From Thermoanaerobaculum sp. (GTDB taxonomy: Bacteria; Acidobacteriota; Thermoanaerobaculia; Multivoradales; UBA5704), in contig JAJKHS010000091.1 of assembly GCA_021154885.1 (NCBI GenBank), positions 9,089 through 73,088 on the forward strand: a DNA stretch of 64,000 nucleotides, in the 5' to 3' direction. Positions 9,114 to 20,491 of this stretch are shown in pieces. Made by a program: the position numbers and the translations under genes. Position 1 is the first letter of the stretch, and every line of letters starts with the position of its first letter. The notes beneath the pieces are model-generated. The model saw only the letters and a list, made by a program, of their open reading frames with translations. It made no database searches and was not told the DNA's origin.

Positions 9114-10217
9114 CTACGACGACCGGCTGACGTACCGCTGCCATGCCGCCAGCCGCTCTTCGAGGGTGCGGCCCAGGGCCTCCAGGGAGGGGAGGTCGAT
9201 GGGCTCGTCCGCCAGCAGGGGGACGTCCACCAGCGGCTGCTCCCGGGAGAAGAGCTTGGCGAGCTCGATCAATCCCTTGCGGTCCCTCTCCCCGGCCCAG
9301 GAGAGGAGCTCCCAGCCGGTGGGCCGGCAGAGGTCCGCCGAAGGGGGCGGGGCGCCTTCGATCACGAAGCGGGGGTGGACCCGGTTCACCACCACGGGTC
9401 CCAGGTGGTAGCCGGCCTCCTCCAGCCGGCGGGCGAAGAAGAGGGTGTCGGGGATGCGCTCCTCGCCCGCGCCGGAGACCAGGACGAAGAGAGTCTGCGG
9501 CGAGCGCAGCAGCGCCTCCACCTGCCGCGCCCTTTCGCGGAAACCCTCGAAGAGGGGGGCGAAAGCCTGGAAGAACTCGGCCATGTCGCGCAGCAGGTCC
9601 ATGCCCACGACGTCGTCCAGGAAGCGCTCGGCCCGGCGGCCGAGGGCGCCCCAGCGGGAGGTGCTCTTGAGCCGCCCCTCCTCGTCGAACCAGTCGCGGA
9701 GAGCCACCCGCAGGGCGCCGCTGTCCAGGAAGCCGAGGATGCGCGAGGGGGCCTCGAGGAAGTCCAGGGCCTGCCGGGTGGGCGGCGTGTCCAGGATCAC
9801 CTGCTTATAGCGCCCGCTGCCCGCCACCTCGAACAGGCGCTCCACCGCCATGTACTCCAGGACGCCGCCGAGCGTGCCCGACATGTGCTGGTAGAAATGG
9901 TTCTCGAGCACGCGGCGGCGCGATGCCTCGTCCGGGGCGTAGCGCTCGATCAGGCGGTCGAAGGTCTGGCGGGCGTCGAGCAGGCTGGCGTGGAGGGTGC
10001 CCGGGGCGTCGAAGGCCACCGGCACCTCCTGGAGCTTCGCCTCCTCCCCCACTCCCAGGGCCTGCTTCAGGCGCAGCGACGGGTCGAAGGTCATCACCAG
10101 CGTGTCCCGTCCCTCGCGGGCGGAGAGCACGGCCATGGCGGCGGCCAGGGTCGTCTTGCCGACCCCGCCCGAGCCGACGACGATGATCAGCGGATAGCGA
10201 TCGGAGATCAGCTCCAT
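9114..10217 (-). CDS. ArsA/Get3-family ATPase (subunit 2)
   Basis: GSGGVGKTT Walker A, TFDP, EYMAVERL, DTPPT; true start MELISD overlaps the upstream stop. Confidence 0.88.
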   Translation of the reverse strand: MELISDRYPLIIVVGSGGVGKTTLAAAMAVLSAREGRDTLVMTFDPSLRLKQALGVGEEAKLQEVPVAFDAPGTLHASLLDARQTFDRLIERYAPDEASRRRVLENHFYQHMSGTLGGVLEYMAVERLFEVAGSGRYKQVILDTPPTRQALDFLEAPSRILGFLDSGALRVALRDWFDEEGRLKSTSRWGALGRRAERFLDDVVGMDLLRDMAEFFQAFAPLFEGFRERARQVEALLRSPQTLFVLVSGAGEERIPDTLFFARRLEEAGYHLGPVVVNRVHPRFVIEGAPPPSADLCRPTGWELLSWAGERDRKGLIELAKLFSREQPLVDVPLLADEPIDLPSLEALGRTLEERLAAWQRYVSRSS

Positions 10218-11140
10218 GCGCCCTCCCCTTCCCCCACCCCCAGATGCCGCCGGGCTGACTCCCCGAAACAGCGGCTGAGGGCTGCGAGGAGGGCCGGTCC
10301 ACGATCGAGCGGGAGCTGTGGCAGCTCGATCCGCGGCCCCTGCCAGCCCGTCTTGAGCCGCGCCAGCTCCCGCTCGTTGAGCGCCCGCCGCCGGCGCCAG
10401 AGGGCGACCAGCTCGTTCTCCCGCTCGCCCGGGACCTGATGCGGCGCCGGCGGATACAGACCATTGACCACCAGCAGCTCGGGGTCGCGCTGCACCCGGT
10501 CGCGCAGCGCCTGGCGCAGCTCCAGCGCCTCTTCGACCGGCATCTCCTCGGCCTGGGTGACCACCACGATGCCGCACTTCTCCGCATCGCCGACTAGCGC
10601 CGCCAGCTCGGAGGACATGACAGAGAAGGGGCCGCTGGTGATCACCTCGGAAACGAGCCGCGGTGCGGCAAGGAGGCTCACGCCGTGACCCGTGGCCGGC
10701 GCGTCGAGGACGATCGTGTCCAGGTCCGGAGTCCCCGGCGCTCCCAGCCCCCGCAGCAGGCGCAGGGCGTGCCCCAGGGTGGCGAGCTCCTTCAAGCCCG
10801 GGGCGCCGGCCGCGAAGTGGTGGTAGACGGGGCTGTCGAGCACCCGCCGCGCCAGCAGCTCCAGCTTCAGGCGCTCGCGCACCACCTCGTCCAGCACTTG
10901 GCGGGGCTTGAGGTTCTGCACCCAGAGGCGAGACTCGGCCTGGACAATGGCGCCGCCCGAGGGGGGGACGCCGAGCATCTGGTGGACGTTCTCGCGAGGG
11001 TCGACCTCCACGACGAGGGTCCGCCGGCCCGCGGCGGCCAGCGACCTACCCAGCGTGGCCGCGATGGCCGTCTTGCCGACGCCGCCCTTGCCCGTGACCA
11101 CCACGAGCTGGCGGCGGGAAAGCTGTTCGATCGGGTTCAT
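10208..11140 (-). CDS. ArsA/Get3-family ATPase (subunit 1)
   Basis: TGKGGVGKT deviant Walker A, APGLKE, DAPATGH, AEEMPVEE. Confidence 0.88.
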   Translation of the reverse strand: MNPIEQLSRRQLVVVTGKGGVGKTAIAATLGRSLAAAGRRTLVVEVDPRENVHQMLGVPPSGGAIVQAESRLWVQNLKPRQVLDEVVRERLKLELLARRVLDSPVYHHFAAGAPGLKELATLGHALRLLRGLGAPGTPDLDTIVLDAPATGHGVSLLAAPRLVSEVITSGPFSVMSSELAALVGDAEKCGIVVVTQAEEMPVEEALELRQALRDRVQRDPELLVVNGLYPPAPHQVPGERENELVALWRRRRALNERELARLKTGWQGPRIELPQLPLDRGPALLAALSRCFGESARRHLGVGEGEGAWS

Positions 11141-11244
11141 GAATGCCGGTCCCCTCTCAGGTCACCGCGGCACGTCCTCTGCCGCAGAGCGGCATGACTA
11201 TATCCGAGGTCGATGAAACCCGGGGCCGGCAGATCGAATCAGGC

Positions 11245-11384
11245 GAAGCAGGGACTTCAGGGACAACAGGGACGACAGGGACTTCAGGGACACGAAGAAG
11301 ACCAGAGAGCAGAGCTTTTCTCGTCCCTGATGTCCCTGAAGTCCCTGTCGTCCCTGACTTCGGCTTTCTGCCGCGCAGGCTCCT
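11245..11384. repeat. 9-nt-periodic inverted-array element, copy A (MITE/REP-like)
   Basis: 5 x CAGGGACNN, spacer, 4 x GTCCCTGNN, ending TTTCTGCCGCGCAGGCTCCT; related copies at 34598-34760 and 44663-44850. Confidence 0.8.
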
Positions 11385-11574
11385 CGCCCGCGCACCCTGC
11401 CACCCATAGAAGACGGAAAAGGAGGCCCGATCTTGCAACCGCCCGCCAGGCAAGGATTTGCGAGGGGGGTTTCGGCTCATCTTAGAGGCGACTGAATTGA
11501 GAGCGGCGGCTCGCCAATCCTGCCCCGGCACACCCTGTTCTGTAGACCCAGTCCCGTCTCAGGAGAGAGAAGAC

Positions 11575-11769
11575 ATGCGAAAGACGAAGAAGAAGCTGAC
11601 CCTTCAGCGCGAAACCCTCCAGCAGCTCGGCGCTCAGGCCCTCCGCGTCGCCGGGGGCAGTCACGTCAATCCCACCTACGGCACCTGCCCGCCGACCCAG
11701 GAGATCTCCGTCTGCGTCACCTGCGAGACGATGACCAACTGCCAGCTCTCGGGCTGCATCTGCGCCTGA
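11575..11769 (+). CDS. RiPP-like (lanthipeptide-type) precursor peptide 1, 64 aa
   Basis: AGGAG RBS; leader MRKTKKKLTLQRETL...VAGG; core SHVNPTYGTCPPTQEISVCVTCETMTNCQLSGCICA with 6 Cys, Thr/Ser-rich. Confidence 0.8.
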   Translation: MRKTKKKLTLQRETLQQLGAQALRVAGGSHVNPTYGTCPPTQEISVCVTCETMTNCQLSGCICA

Positions 11770-11884
11770 CCGAGCACGGCTGTCCCGGTCCTGGCGGGGA
11801 GACGGCACATCAAAGATGCCCCAGCCCATGCGCAAGGGTCTGGGGCCACGCCCGATCCCGGGTGTGCCTCGGAAAGGAGATCCA

Positions 11885-12082
11885 ATGAAGAAACCCGTCA
11901 AGAAACTGGTCCTCAACCGCGAGACCCTGCGGGACCTGGAGAGCCTGCGCGGGGTGGCGGGCGGGGCCATCCAGCCCGCCCCGACCCTGACCTGCTTCGA
12001 CTGCACGCGCAACAATGGGTTGTGCATCAGCGGCGCTCCGACCTGCTTCACCAACGACACGAACTGCACCATCCAGGGTTAG
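11885..12082 (+). CDS. RiPP-like precursor peptide 2, 65 aa
   Basis: AAAGGAG RBS; leader MKKPVKKLVLNRETL...VAGG; core AIQPAPTLTCFDCTRNNGLCISGAPTCFTNDTNCTIQG with 5 Cys. Confidence 0.8.
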   Translation: MKKPVKKLVLNRETLRDLESLRGVAGGAIQPAPTLTCFDCTRNNGLCISGAPTCFTNDTNCTIQG

Positions 12083-12098
12083 CCCAAGAGGAGAGAGC

Positions 12099-12287
12099 AT
12101 GAAAAAGACCACGAAGAAGCTCAGCCTCAGCCGAGAGACCCTCAGGAACCTCGAGGAGAGCACCCTCCTCCTGCCGCTCGGCGGCGCCGTCACCCAGATC
12201 GACTGCACCCGTGCCAACGCGTCCTGCATCAGCACCCAGCCGACCTGTTTCTGCACGCGCCTCGTTCCCTGTCCGACCACGCCCTGA
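12099..12287 (+). CDS. RiPP-like precursor peptide 3, 62 aa
   Basis: GAGGAG RBS; leader [15 protein letters not shown]...LGG; core [33 protein letters not shown] with 5 Cys. Confidence 0.8.
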   Translation: MKKTTKKLSLSRETLRNLEESTLLLPLGGAVTQIDCTRANASCISTQPTCFCTRLVPCPTTP

Positions 12288-12292
12288 CGCTC

Positions 12293-12325
12293 AGTCCCCA
12301 CCCCGCCCTCGGCGGGGTGGGGACT
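12293..12325 (+). terminator. Strong stem-loop after the peptide cluster (terminator or mRNA stabiliser)
   Basis: Perfect 15-bp stem AGTCCCCACCCCGCC-CTC-GGCGGGGTGGGGACT starting 6 nt after the stop; no U-tract. Confidence 0.6.
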
Positions 12326-12381
12326 CCACGCCAACCGGGGCGTTGCCTTCCCCCCCTTCTCCGCGATACAACCGCACCGCC

Positions 12382-13364
12382 ATGAGCTTCCCAGAGACCC
12401 GACTCCGTCGCTTCCGCCGCACTCCGGCCTTGCGCCGCATCGTCCGCGAGACCCGCCTCTCCCTGGACAACCTGGCCCTCCCGCTCTTCGTCTGTCCGGG
12501 CGAAGGGGTGGCACGGCCCGTGGGCTCCATGCCCGGCGTCCATCAGCATTCGGTGGACCGCCTGGTGGAGACTGTGAAGGAGGCCTGCGCCGAGGGGATC
12601 CGCTCCGTCCTGCTGTTCGGCCTGCCCGAGACCAAGGACGCCGTGGGCAGCGCCGCCTGGTCGCCGGACGGCATCGTGCAGCGCGCCATGCGGGCACTCA
12701 CCCAGGAGGTGCCCGGGCTGATCAAGATCGCCGACGTCTGCTTCTGCGAGTACACCGACCACGGCCACTGCGGCGTTCTCCACGGCAACGAGGTGGACAA
12801 CGACGCCACGCTGGAGAACCTCGCCAGGCAGTCCGTCTCCCTGGCCGAGGCCGGGGCGGACGTCATCGCGCCGTCGGACATGATGGACGGCCGGGTGGGA
12901 GCGATCCGCAAGGCGCTCGACGCCGCCGGCCACGCCTCGACTCCCATCCTCTCCTATGCGGTCAAGTTCGCCAGCGGCTTCTACGGCCCGTTCCGCGAGG
13001 CCGCCGAGTCGGCTCCCCAGTTCGGCGACCGCCGTGGGTATCAAATGGACCCGGCCAACGGCCGTGAGGCCCTGCGGGAGGCCGAGGCGGACGTCGAGGA
13101 GGGGGCGGACATGCTGATGGTCAAGCCCGCCCTGCCGTATCTGGACGTCCTCGCCGCCCTGCGCCAGCGCTTCGACCTACCGCTCGCCGCCTACCACGTC
13201 AGTGGCGAGTACTCGATGCTCAAGGCGGCGGCCGAGCGCGGCTGGATCGACTACGACCGGGTGATGATGGAGTCGCTGATCGCCATCCGCCGCGCCGGCG
13301 CCGACCTCATCTTCACCTATGCGGCGCGGGAGGCGGCACGGCTGCTGGCTTCGGGATGGGCGGA

Positions 13365-13368
<4 letters not shown>
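12382..13368 (+). CDS. hemB: Porphobilinogen synthase
   Basis: [14 protein letters not shown] zinc site, [31 protein letters not shown]. Confidence 0.97.
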
Positions 13369-14656
<1,288 letters not shown>

Positions 14657-14660
<4 letters not shown>

Positions 14661-15787
14661 CGCACCCGGACGTCCTGGTGCTCGGCGGGGGGATCATCGG
14701 CCTGGCCTGTGCCCGTGAGCTGGCCCTCCGCGGTCTGCGGGTCGAGGTCGTGGAGCGCCTCCCCCACGGCGCCGAGGCCTCCCTCGCCGCCGCCGGCATG
14801 CTCTCGCCCATTGGCGATGTGAGCGAGCCGGAGGTGCACGGGCCGTTCCTCGACGCCTGCCGCGCTTCGCGCGACCTCTGGGGCTCCTGGGTGGCGGACC
14901 TGGAGGGCGAGACGGGCCTTTCGATCGACTACGACACCAGCGGCTCCCTGCTCGTGGCCCTGGAGGAGGGGGACGAGGCCGAGCTCGACAGGGTCCTGAG
15001 CGTCGCCCGGAGCTTAAGCGAACGGGCCGAGGAGATCGAGATCTCTGCCCTGCGTCACTGGGTGCCCGACGTCACCCCCGACGTCCGCCGCGTCCTCCAC
15101 CTTCCGGACGACCACCGGGTGGACAACGTGCAGGCCTGTGCCGTCCTCGCCCAGGCCACCCAGAAGCTGGGGGTGCTCATCCACTATGACAGCGAGGTGG
15201 AGCGGGTTGAGTGCCGGCCGGAGGGGACCGTCCTTGCCCATGGCCGCCACTGGCGCAAAGAGGCCCGCCTGCTGGTGCTGGCGGCGGGCGCCTGGAGCGG
15301 CCTCATCCCCGGGCTCCCCCCTTTCCCCGTGCGGCCGGTGCGCGGCCAGATGCTGCTGCTGGGCGGCGTCGAGTGGCCCTGGAGCGGCAGCGTGCGGCGC
15401 GGCCTCTCCTACGCCGTACGCCGCGGCGCCACCCGCCTGCTGGTGGGCTCGACCCTGGAAGAGGCGGGCTTCGACAAGCACAACACGGTCGAGGGGGTCG
15501 AGGCCCTCCTCGCCTTCGCCAGGCGTCTCTTCCCCGGCATGGGCAACGCCCGCCTGGAGACGGTCTGGGCCGGCCTGCGCCCCGCCACTCCGGACGGCCT
15601 GCCCATCCTGGGCCCGCTGCCGGACTGGCCGGCGGTGATCGCCACCGGCCATTTCCGCAACGGCATCCTCCTCGCGCCCTGGACGGCCCGGGAGGTCGCC
15701 CGCCTGGCCTTCGAGGATGGCGAGGACGAGATCCCGGAGTTCTCACCAAAACGTTTTGTCTTGAGGCCCGGCGCGCCTTCGCTATAA
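14657..15787 (+). CDS. thiO: Glycine oxidase / FAD-dependent D-amino-acid oxidase family
   Basis: GGGIIG FAD motif, ASLAAAGML, PVRGQM, WAGLRP, TGHFRNGILLAP. Confidence 0.8.
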
Positions 15788-15830
15788 TCCCCGCAACAGA
15801 GAGCTGCCGGCTCTTGAGGAGGGGCCAGGA

Positions 15831-16085
15831 ATGACGCACATCATCATGGAACCTTGTGTCGGCGTGAAGGATACGGCCTGCGTCGACGTCTGCCCCGTCG
15901 ATTGCATCTACGGCAAGAACGAGGACTGGGAGATGCTCTACATCCATCCCGAGGAGTGCATCGACTGCGGCCTGTGCGTCGACGCCTGTCCCGTCGAAGC
16001 CATCCTCCCCCTGGAAGAGGTGCCGGACAAGTGGAAGGCGTTCATCGCCAAGAACTACGAGCACTTCGGTTTCACCCCGCCGTGA
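15831..16085 (+). CDS. fdxA: 7Fe-type (dicluster) ferredoxin
   Basis: C-x7-CxxxCP...CIDCGLCVDACP; possible promoter TTGAGG-N16-TATAAT at 15761-15788. Confidence 0.9.
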   Translation: MTHIIMEPCVGVKDTACVDVCPVDCIYGKNEDWEMLYIHPEECIDCGLCVDACPVEAILPLEEVPDKWKAFIAKNYEHFGFTPP

Positions 16086-16147
16086 GCGGCCCCTCCCGAT
16101 TCCCCTGACGACGATCTCCGGGCCGGCATTCCCGCCCGGAACGTCGC

Positions 16148-16362
16148 CCCCCGCCCCGAAGCCCTCACCCCTGTCCCCTCTCCCGCCCCTCCCACCCCCC
16201 TCACCGGGAGAGGGGAACCCGGTTGAAGCGGTCTTGCTGGTCTCCCCCTGTCCGTGTTTGTCCGTGCTTGTCCCTTCCGTCCTTGTTCTTTCTCCCTCTT
16301 CTCCCGGTGAGGGGGGTGGGAGGGAGCGGGAGAAGAGGGCCGGGGTGATGAGGGTCTTGGGG
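16148..16362. repeat. CCCTCTCC/GGAGAGGG palindromic intergenic element, copy 1
   Basis: Two hairpin units (CCCTCTCCCG..CGGGAGAGGG and CCCTCTTCTCCCG..CGGGAGAAGAGGG); near-identical inverted copy at 32534-32710. Confidence 0.85.
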
Positions 16363-16393
16363 GAATGGACGTTCTCCCCATTCCGTTCTACAA

Positions 16394-16414
16394 TTTGAGT
16401 CGCGGGCACTCAAA
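16394..16414. promoter_or_regulatory. HAIR (HspR-associated inverted repeat) operator
   Basis: TTTGAGT-N7-ACTCAAA versus consensus CTTGAGT-N7-ACTCAAG; abuts a TACAAT -10 (16389-16394) upstream of cbpA-clpB. Confidence 0.75.
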
Positions 16415-16480
16415 GTTAGTCCGCGATCCTCAAGCTTCGCGGCGCCGAGGCGCAGAATTCCGGTCGGAGGGGCAATTTCA

Positions 16481-17470
16481 TTGGACTACAAGGACTACTA
16501 TTCGACGTTGGGCGTCAAGAAGGACGCATCCCAGGAGGATATCCAGAAGGCGTACCGGAAGCTGGCGCGCAAGTTCCATCCGGACGTGAACAAGAACCCC
16601 GAGGCCGAGGTCAAGTTCAAGGAGATCGGCGAAGCCTACGAGGTTCTCAAGGACCCGGACAAGCGCCAGAAGTACGACCAGTTCGGCTCCTCTTGGAACC
16701 GTGCCCGGCAGAGCGGCGGCGGTGCTCCTCCGGGCTGGGAGAACATCCACTTCGGCAACGGCGGCGGTGGGTTCGACTTCGGAGATCTCGGCGGTGGCGG
16801 CGCGGGCAACGAACGGTTCAGCTCCTTCTTCGAGATGCTGTTCGGCGGCGGCGGTCCGGGAGGCGGCCGGCGGGGGACGGCCGCGGGCGGCCCGGCCGGA
16901 TTCGGCGGCTTCGGCGGCCAAGGGTTCGGCAACCAAGCCGGCGGCAACGCCGAGGCGACGCTCCCCATCACGATCGAAGAGGCCGTGCAGGGCGGCACCA
17001 AGGAGATCGCTCTCGCCGATCCGGCCACCGGCCAGCGGCGGACTCTGTCGGTCAAGGTTCCGCCGGGTGTGCGCTCGGGTCAGAAGATCCGCCTCGCGGG
17101 CCAGGGCTCGCCGGGATTCGGCGGCGGCGCGGCTGGCGACCTGCTGCTCAAGGTGGAGATCGAGCCCGACTCGCGGTTCAAGGTCGAGGGCGCGGACATC
17201 CACACCACCGTCCCGGTGGCCCCATGGGAGGCGGCGCTGGGCAGCGAAGCCGAGGTGGAGACGCCCACCGGCCCCGTGCGGGTGAAGATCCCGGCGGGCT
17301 CCTCCTCCGGACGGAAGATCCGCCTGCGCGACCGCGGCCTCACCGCACAGGGGGGCGTCAAGGGGGATCTTCTGGCCGAGATCCGGATCATGGTTCCCGA
17401 CCAACTCTCGCCGCGTGAGCGCGAGCTGTTCGAGGAGTTGGCGCAGGAGTCGGAGTTCCGAGCGCGATAA
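16481..17470 (+). CDS. cbpA: DnaJ-class (class B) co-chaperone, CbpA-like
   Basis: J domain with HPD, G/F-rich linker, DnaJ C-terminal domain, no zinc finger; TTG start. Confidence 0.9.
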   Translation: MDYKDYYSTLGVKKDASQEDIQKAYRKLARKFHPDVNKNPEAEVKFKEIGEAYEVLKDPDKRQKYDQFGSSWNRARQSGGGAPPGWENIHFGNGGGGFDFGDLGGGGAGNERFSSFFEMLFGGGGPGGGRRGTAAGGPAGFGGFGGQGFGNQAGGNAEATLPITIEEAVQGGTKEIALADPATGQRRTLSVKVPPGVRSGQKIRLAGQGSPGFGGGAAGDLLLKVEIEPDSRFKVEGADIHTTVPVAPWEAALGSEAEVETPTGPVRVKIPAGSSSGRKIRLRDRGLTAQGGVKGDLLAEIRIMVPDQLSPRERELFEELAQESEFRAR

Positions 17471-17508
17471 GCCCCAGGAATCGAAGGAATGAAGGGAGAA
17501 AAATCATC

Positions 17509-20151
17509 ATGGACATCAATAAACTGACGCAGAAATCCCAAGAGGCATTGCAGAGCGCTCAGACCAAAGCCCTGCGCTATGGCCACCAGGAGGTGGACGG
17601 CGAGCACCTGCTCCTAACTCTTTTGGAGCAGCCGGAGGGGCTGGTCCCCCGCCTGCTCGCCCGCATGGAGGTGCCCACCGAGGCCATGAAGGCCGAAGTC
17701 GAGCGTGAGCTCTCCCGCCGGCCCAAGGTCTCCGGACCGGGGGCCGAAGCGGGCAAGATCTATCTCACCCAGCGGCTGCAGCAGATCCTGGTGCGGGCCG
17801 AGGACGAGGCCAAGCGGCTGAAGGACGAGTACGTCTCCGTCGAGCACCTGCTGCTGGCAATGATCGAGGAGGCCTCCTCCTCGCCCGTGGGCCGCATCCT
17901 CGCCAGCTTCAATCTCACCCGTGACAAGTTCCTCGCCGTGCTGACGGCGGTGCGGGGCAACCAGCGGGTCACCAGCGCCATGCCGGAGGTCGCCTACGAG
18001 GCCCTGGAGAAATACGGCGTCGACCTCGTGGCCGAGGCGCGGCGCAACAGGCTCGATCCGGTCATCGGCCGCGACTCGGAGATCCGGCGGGTGATCCGCA
18101 TCCTGTCGCGCAAGACCAAGAACAACCCGGTGCTCATCGGCGAGCCCGGCGTGGGCAAGACGGCCATTGTCGAGGGCCTCGCCCAGCGCATCGTGCGCGG
18201 CGACGTGCCGGAGTGGCTGAAGGACCGCGCCCTCTTCTCGCTCGACATGGGGTCCCTCCTCGCCGGCGCCAAGTACCGCGGCGAGTTCGAGGAGCGTCTC
18301 AAGGCCGTGCTCAACGAGATCAAGCAGAGCGAGGGGCGCATCCTGCTCTTCATCGACGAGGTCCACACCATCGTCGGCGCCGGCAAGACCGAGGGCTCGC
18401 CCGACGCGGGCAACCTGCTGAAGCCCATGCTCGCCCGCGGCGAGCTGCACTGCATCGGCGCCACCACCCTCGACGAATACCGCAAGAACATCGAGAAGGA
18501 CGCGGCGCTCGAGCGGCGCTTCCAGCCGGTGATGGTCGATCCGCCGTCCGTCGAGGACACGGTCTCCATCCTCCGCGGCCTGCGCGAGCGCTTCGAAGTG
18601 CATCACGGCGTGCGTATCCAGGACAACGCCCTGGTGGCGGCGGCCGTGCTCTCCAACCGTTACATCTCCGACCGCTTCCTGCCGGACAAGGCCATCGACC
18701 TCATCGACGAGGCCTGCGCCATGATCCGCACCGAGATCGACTCGATGCCCCAGGAGCTCGACGAGGTCACCCGCCGGGTGATGCAGCTCGAAATCGAGGA
18801 GGCGGCGCTCAAAAAGGAGAAGGACAAGGCGAGCCGGGAGCGGCTGGAGGACCTCCGCCGCGAGCTGGCGGATCTCAAAGCCCAGGCCGACGCCATGCGC
18901 GCTCAGTGGGAAGCCGAGAAGCAGTCGATCGAGGAGGTGCGGGCCCTGCGCCAGCAGATCGAGCAGGCGCGCCTGGAGATCGAGGCCGCGGAACGGCAGT
19001 ACGACCTCAACAAGAGCGCCGAGCTGCGCTACGGCAAGCTCCCCCAGCTCGAGGCCCAGCTCCGGGAGAGGGAGGCGATGCTCGGGGAGAAGCAGAAGAG
19101 CGGCGGCAAGCTGCTGCGCGAGGAGGTCACGGATGAGGAGGTGGCCGAGATCGTCTCGCGCTGGACGGGCATTCCGGTCACCCGGCTGGTCGAAGGCGAG
19201 CGCGACAAGCTGCTGCGGCTCGACGAGATCCTCCACCAGCGCGTGGTGGGCCAGGACGAGGCCGTCCGTCTGGTGACCGACGCCGTCATCCGCGCCCGTT
19301 CGGGGATCAAGGACCCGCGGCGGCCCATCGGCTCTTTCATCTTCCTGGGGCCCACCGGCGTGGGCAAGACCGAGCTCGCCAAGACGCTCGCCCAGTCGCT
19401 CTTCGACAGCGAGGACAACATGGTCCGCATCGACATGAGCGAGTACATGGAGCGGCACACCGTATCGCGGCTGATCGGCGCGCCGCCGGGCTACGTCGGC
19501 TACGAGGAGGGGGGCCAGCTCACCGAGGCGGTGCGGCGCAAGCCCTACTCCGTCATCCTCTTCGACGAAATCGAAAAGGCGCACGGCGACGTCTTCAACG
19601 TGCTCCTCCAGATCCTCGACGACGGCCGGGTGACCGACTCGCAGGGGCGGACGGTGGACTTCAAGAACACCGTCATCATCATGACCTCGAACATCGGCTC
19701 CCACCACCTGCTGGAGGGGATGACGCCGGAGGGCGAGATCTCCGAGCGGGCGCGGGACGCCGTGATGCGTGAGCTGCGGAGCCACTTCCGGCCCGAGTTC
19801 TTGAACCGGGTGGACGACATCGTGCTCTTCCGAACGCTGACGCTGCCCGAGATCGAGCGCATCGTCGACCTGCAGACCGAGGACCTGAGGAAGCGCCTGG
19901 CGGACCGCGGCGTCCGTCTGGAGCTCTCGGAGCCGGCCCGGGTGCTGGTGGCCCGTCAGGGTTTCGACCCGGTCTACGGCGCCCGGCCGCTGAAGCGCTA
20001 CCTCCAGCACGAGTTGGAGTCGAAGATCGGCCGCGCCCTGATCGCCGGCGAGGTCCACGACGGAGCCCTCCTCCGCGTGGACGTCAAGGGCGGAGCGCTC
20101 GCCGTCGAGATCGAGAACCCCAAGGAGGCGGAGGTGGCGGTGGGGGTGTAA
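17509..20151 (+). CDS. clpB: ATP-dependent disaggregase ClpB
   Basis: Two AAA+ domains ([16 protein letters not shown]), long middle coiled coil with ELRYG, GARPL. Confidence 0.98.
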   Translation: MDINKLTQKSQEALQSAQTKALRYGHQEVDGEHLLLTLLEQPEGLVPRLLARMEVPTEAMKAEVERELSRRPKVSGPGAEAGKIYLTQRLQQILVRAEDEAKRLKDEYVSVEHLLLAMIEEASSSPVGRILASFNLTRDKFLAVLTAVRGNQRVTSAMPEVAYEALEKYGVDLVAEARRNRLDPVIGRDSEIRRVIRILSRKTKNNPVLIGEPGVGKTAIVEGLAQRIVRGDVPEWLKDRALFSLDMGSLLAGAKYRGEFEERLKAVLNEIKQSEGRILLFIDEVHTIVGAGKTEGSPDAGNLLKPMLARGELHCIGATTLDEYRKNIEKDAALERRFQPVMVDPPSVEDTVSILRGLRERFEVHHGVRIQDNALVAAAVLSNRYISDRFLPDKAIDLIDEACAMIRTEIDSMPQELDEVTRRVMQLEIEEAALKKEKDKASRERLEDLRRELADLKAQADAMRAQWEAEKQSIEEVRALRQQIEQARLEIEAAERQYDLNKSAELRYGKLPQLEAQLREREAMLGEKQKSGGKLLREEVTDEEVAEIVSRWTGIPVTRLVEGERDKLLRLDEILHQRVVGQDEAVRLVTDAVIRARSGIKDPRRPIGSFIFLGPTGVGKTELAKTLAQSLFDSEDNMVRIDMSEYMERHTVSRLIGAPPGYVGYEEGGQLTEAVRRKPYSVILFDEIEKAHGDVFNVLLQILDDGRVTDSQGRTVDFKNTVIIMTSNIGSHHLLEGMTPEGEISERARDAVMRELRSHFRPEFLNRVDDIVLFRTLTLPEIERIVDLQTEDLRKRLADRGVRLELSEPARVLVARQGFDPVYGARPLKRYLQHELESKIGRALIAGEVHDGALLRVDVKGGALAVEIENPKEAEVAVGV

Positions 20152-20240
20152 GCTCCTGAAAGTGTCGGAAGAAGATTGAGCTGACCGATTCGAGCCAGCG
20201 AGATCAGCGGCAAGCCGGCCGGGCTTTTTCTTTCAGAAAC

Positions 20241-20491
20241 CTAATAAGCCTTGTCCCGCGGTAGCACCCGCAGGATGAGCAGAAGCGGACCGGCTGGATC
20301 TTTCTGAAAACGAACCCGCCAATCCCCTACCCGGAGCCGCCACTCTGGAGGGTGGAGGCCCTCCAATGGACATCTCCAGAACCCGTCGAGGCGAAGCGTT
20401 CGACCGCAGCCACTACACGCGCTCGGATCTGCGGGTCGAGCTTTCGCGTGTCTTTCAATGCACGAGGCGCCCAAACGATTTGCCAGCTCAT
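20241..20491 (-). pseudogene. RelE/ParE-family toxin, frameshifted
   Basis: ATG overlaps antitoxin stop: MSWQIVWAPRALKDTRKL...GDV, then continues in another frame as PLEGLHPPEWRLRVGDWRVRF...RVLPRDKAY; shift near 20370. Confidence 0.75.

Noticed and set aside
9114..11140. Arsenic-resistance operon
   Set aside because: No arsB/acr3, arsC, arsD or arsR; the context is lipid/PHA genes
11420..11462. Sigma54 promoters upstream of the RiPP triplet (AGGCCCGATCTTGC, AGGCAAGGATTTGC)
   Set aside because: GG-to-GC spacing is 9 nt, not the required 10
11143..11531. Short ORFs with GTSGTT/QGLQG repeats, or a CRISPR array
   Set aside because: Translations of the 9-nt repeat element; the units are too short and lack spacers
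17614..20058. 814-aa ORF antisense to clpB (similar shadows at 39873-42575 and 62002-63510)
   Set aside because: Codon-bias shadows of well-supported genes on the opposite strand
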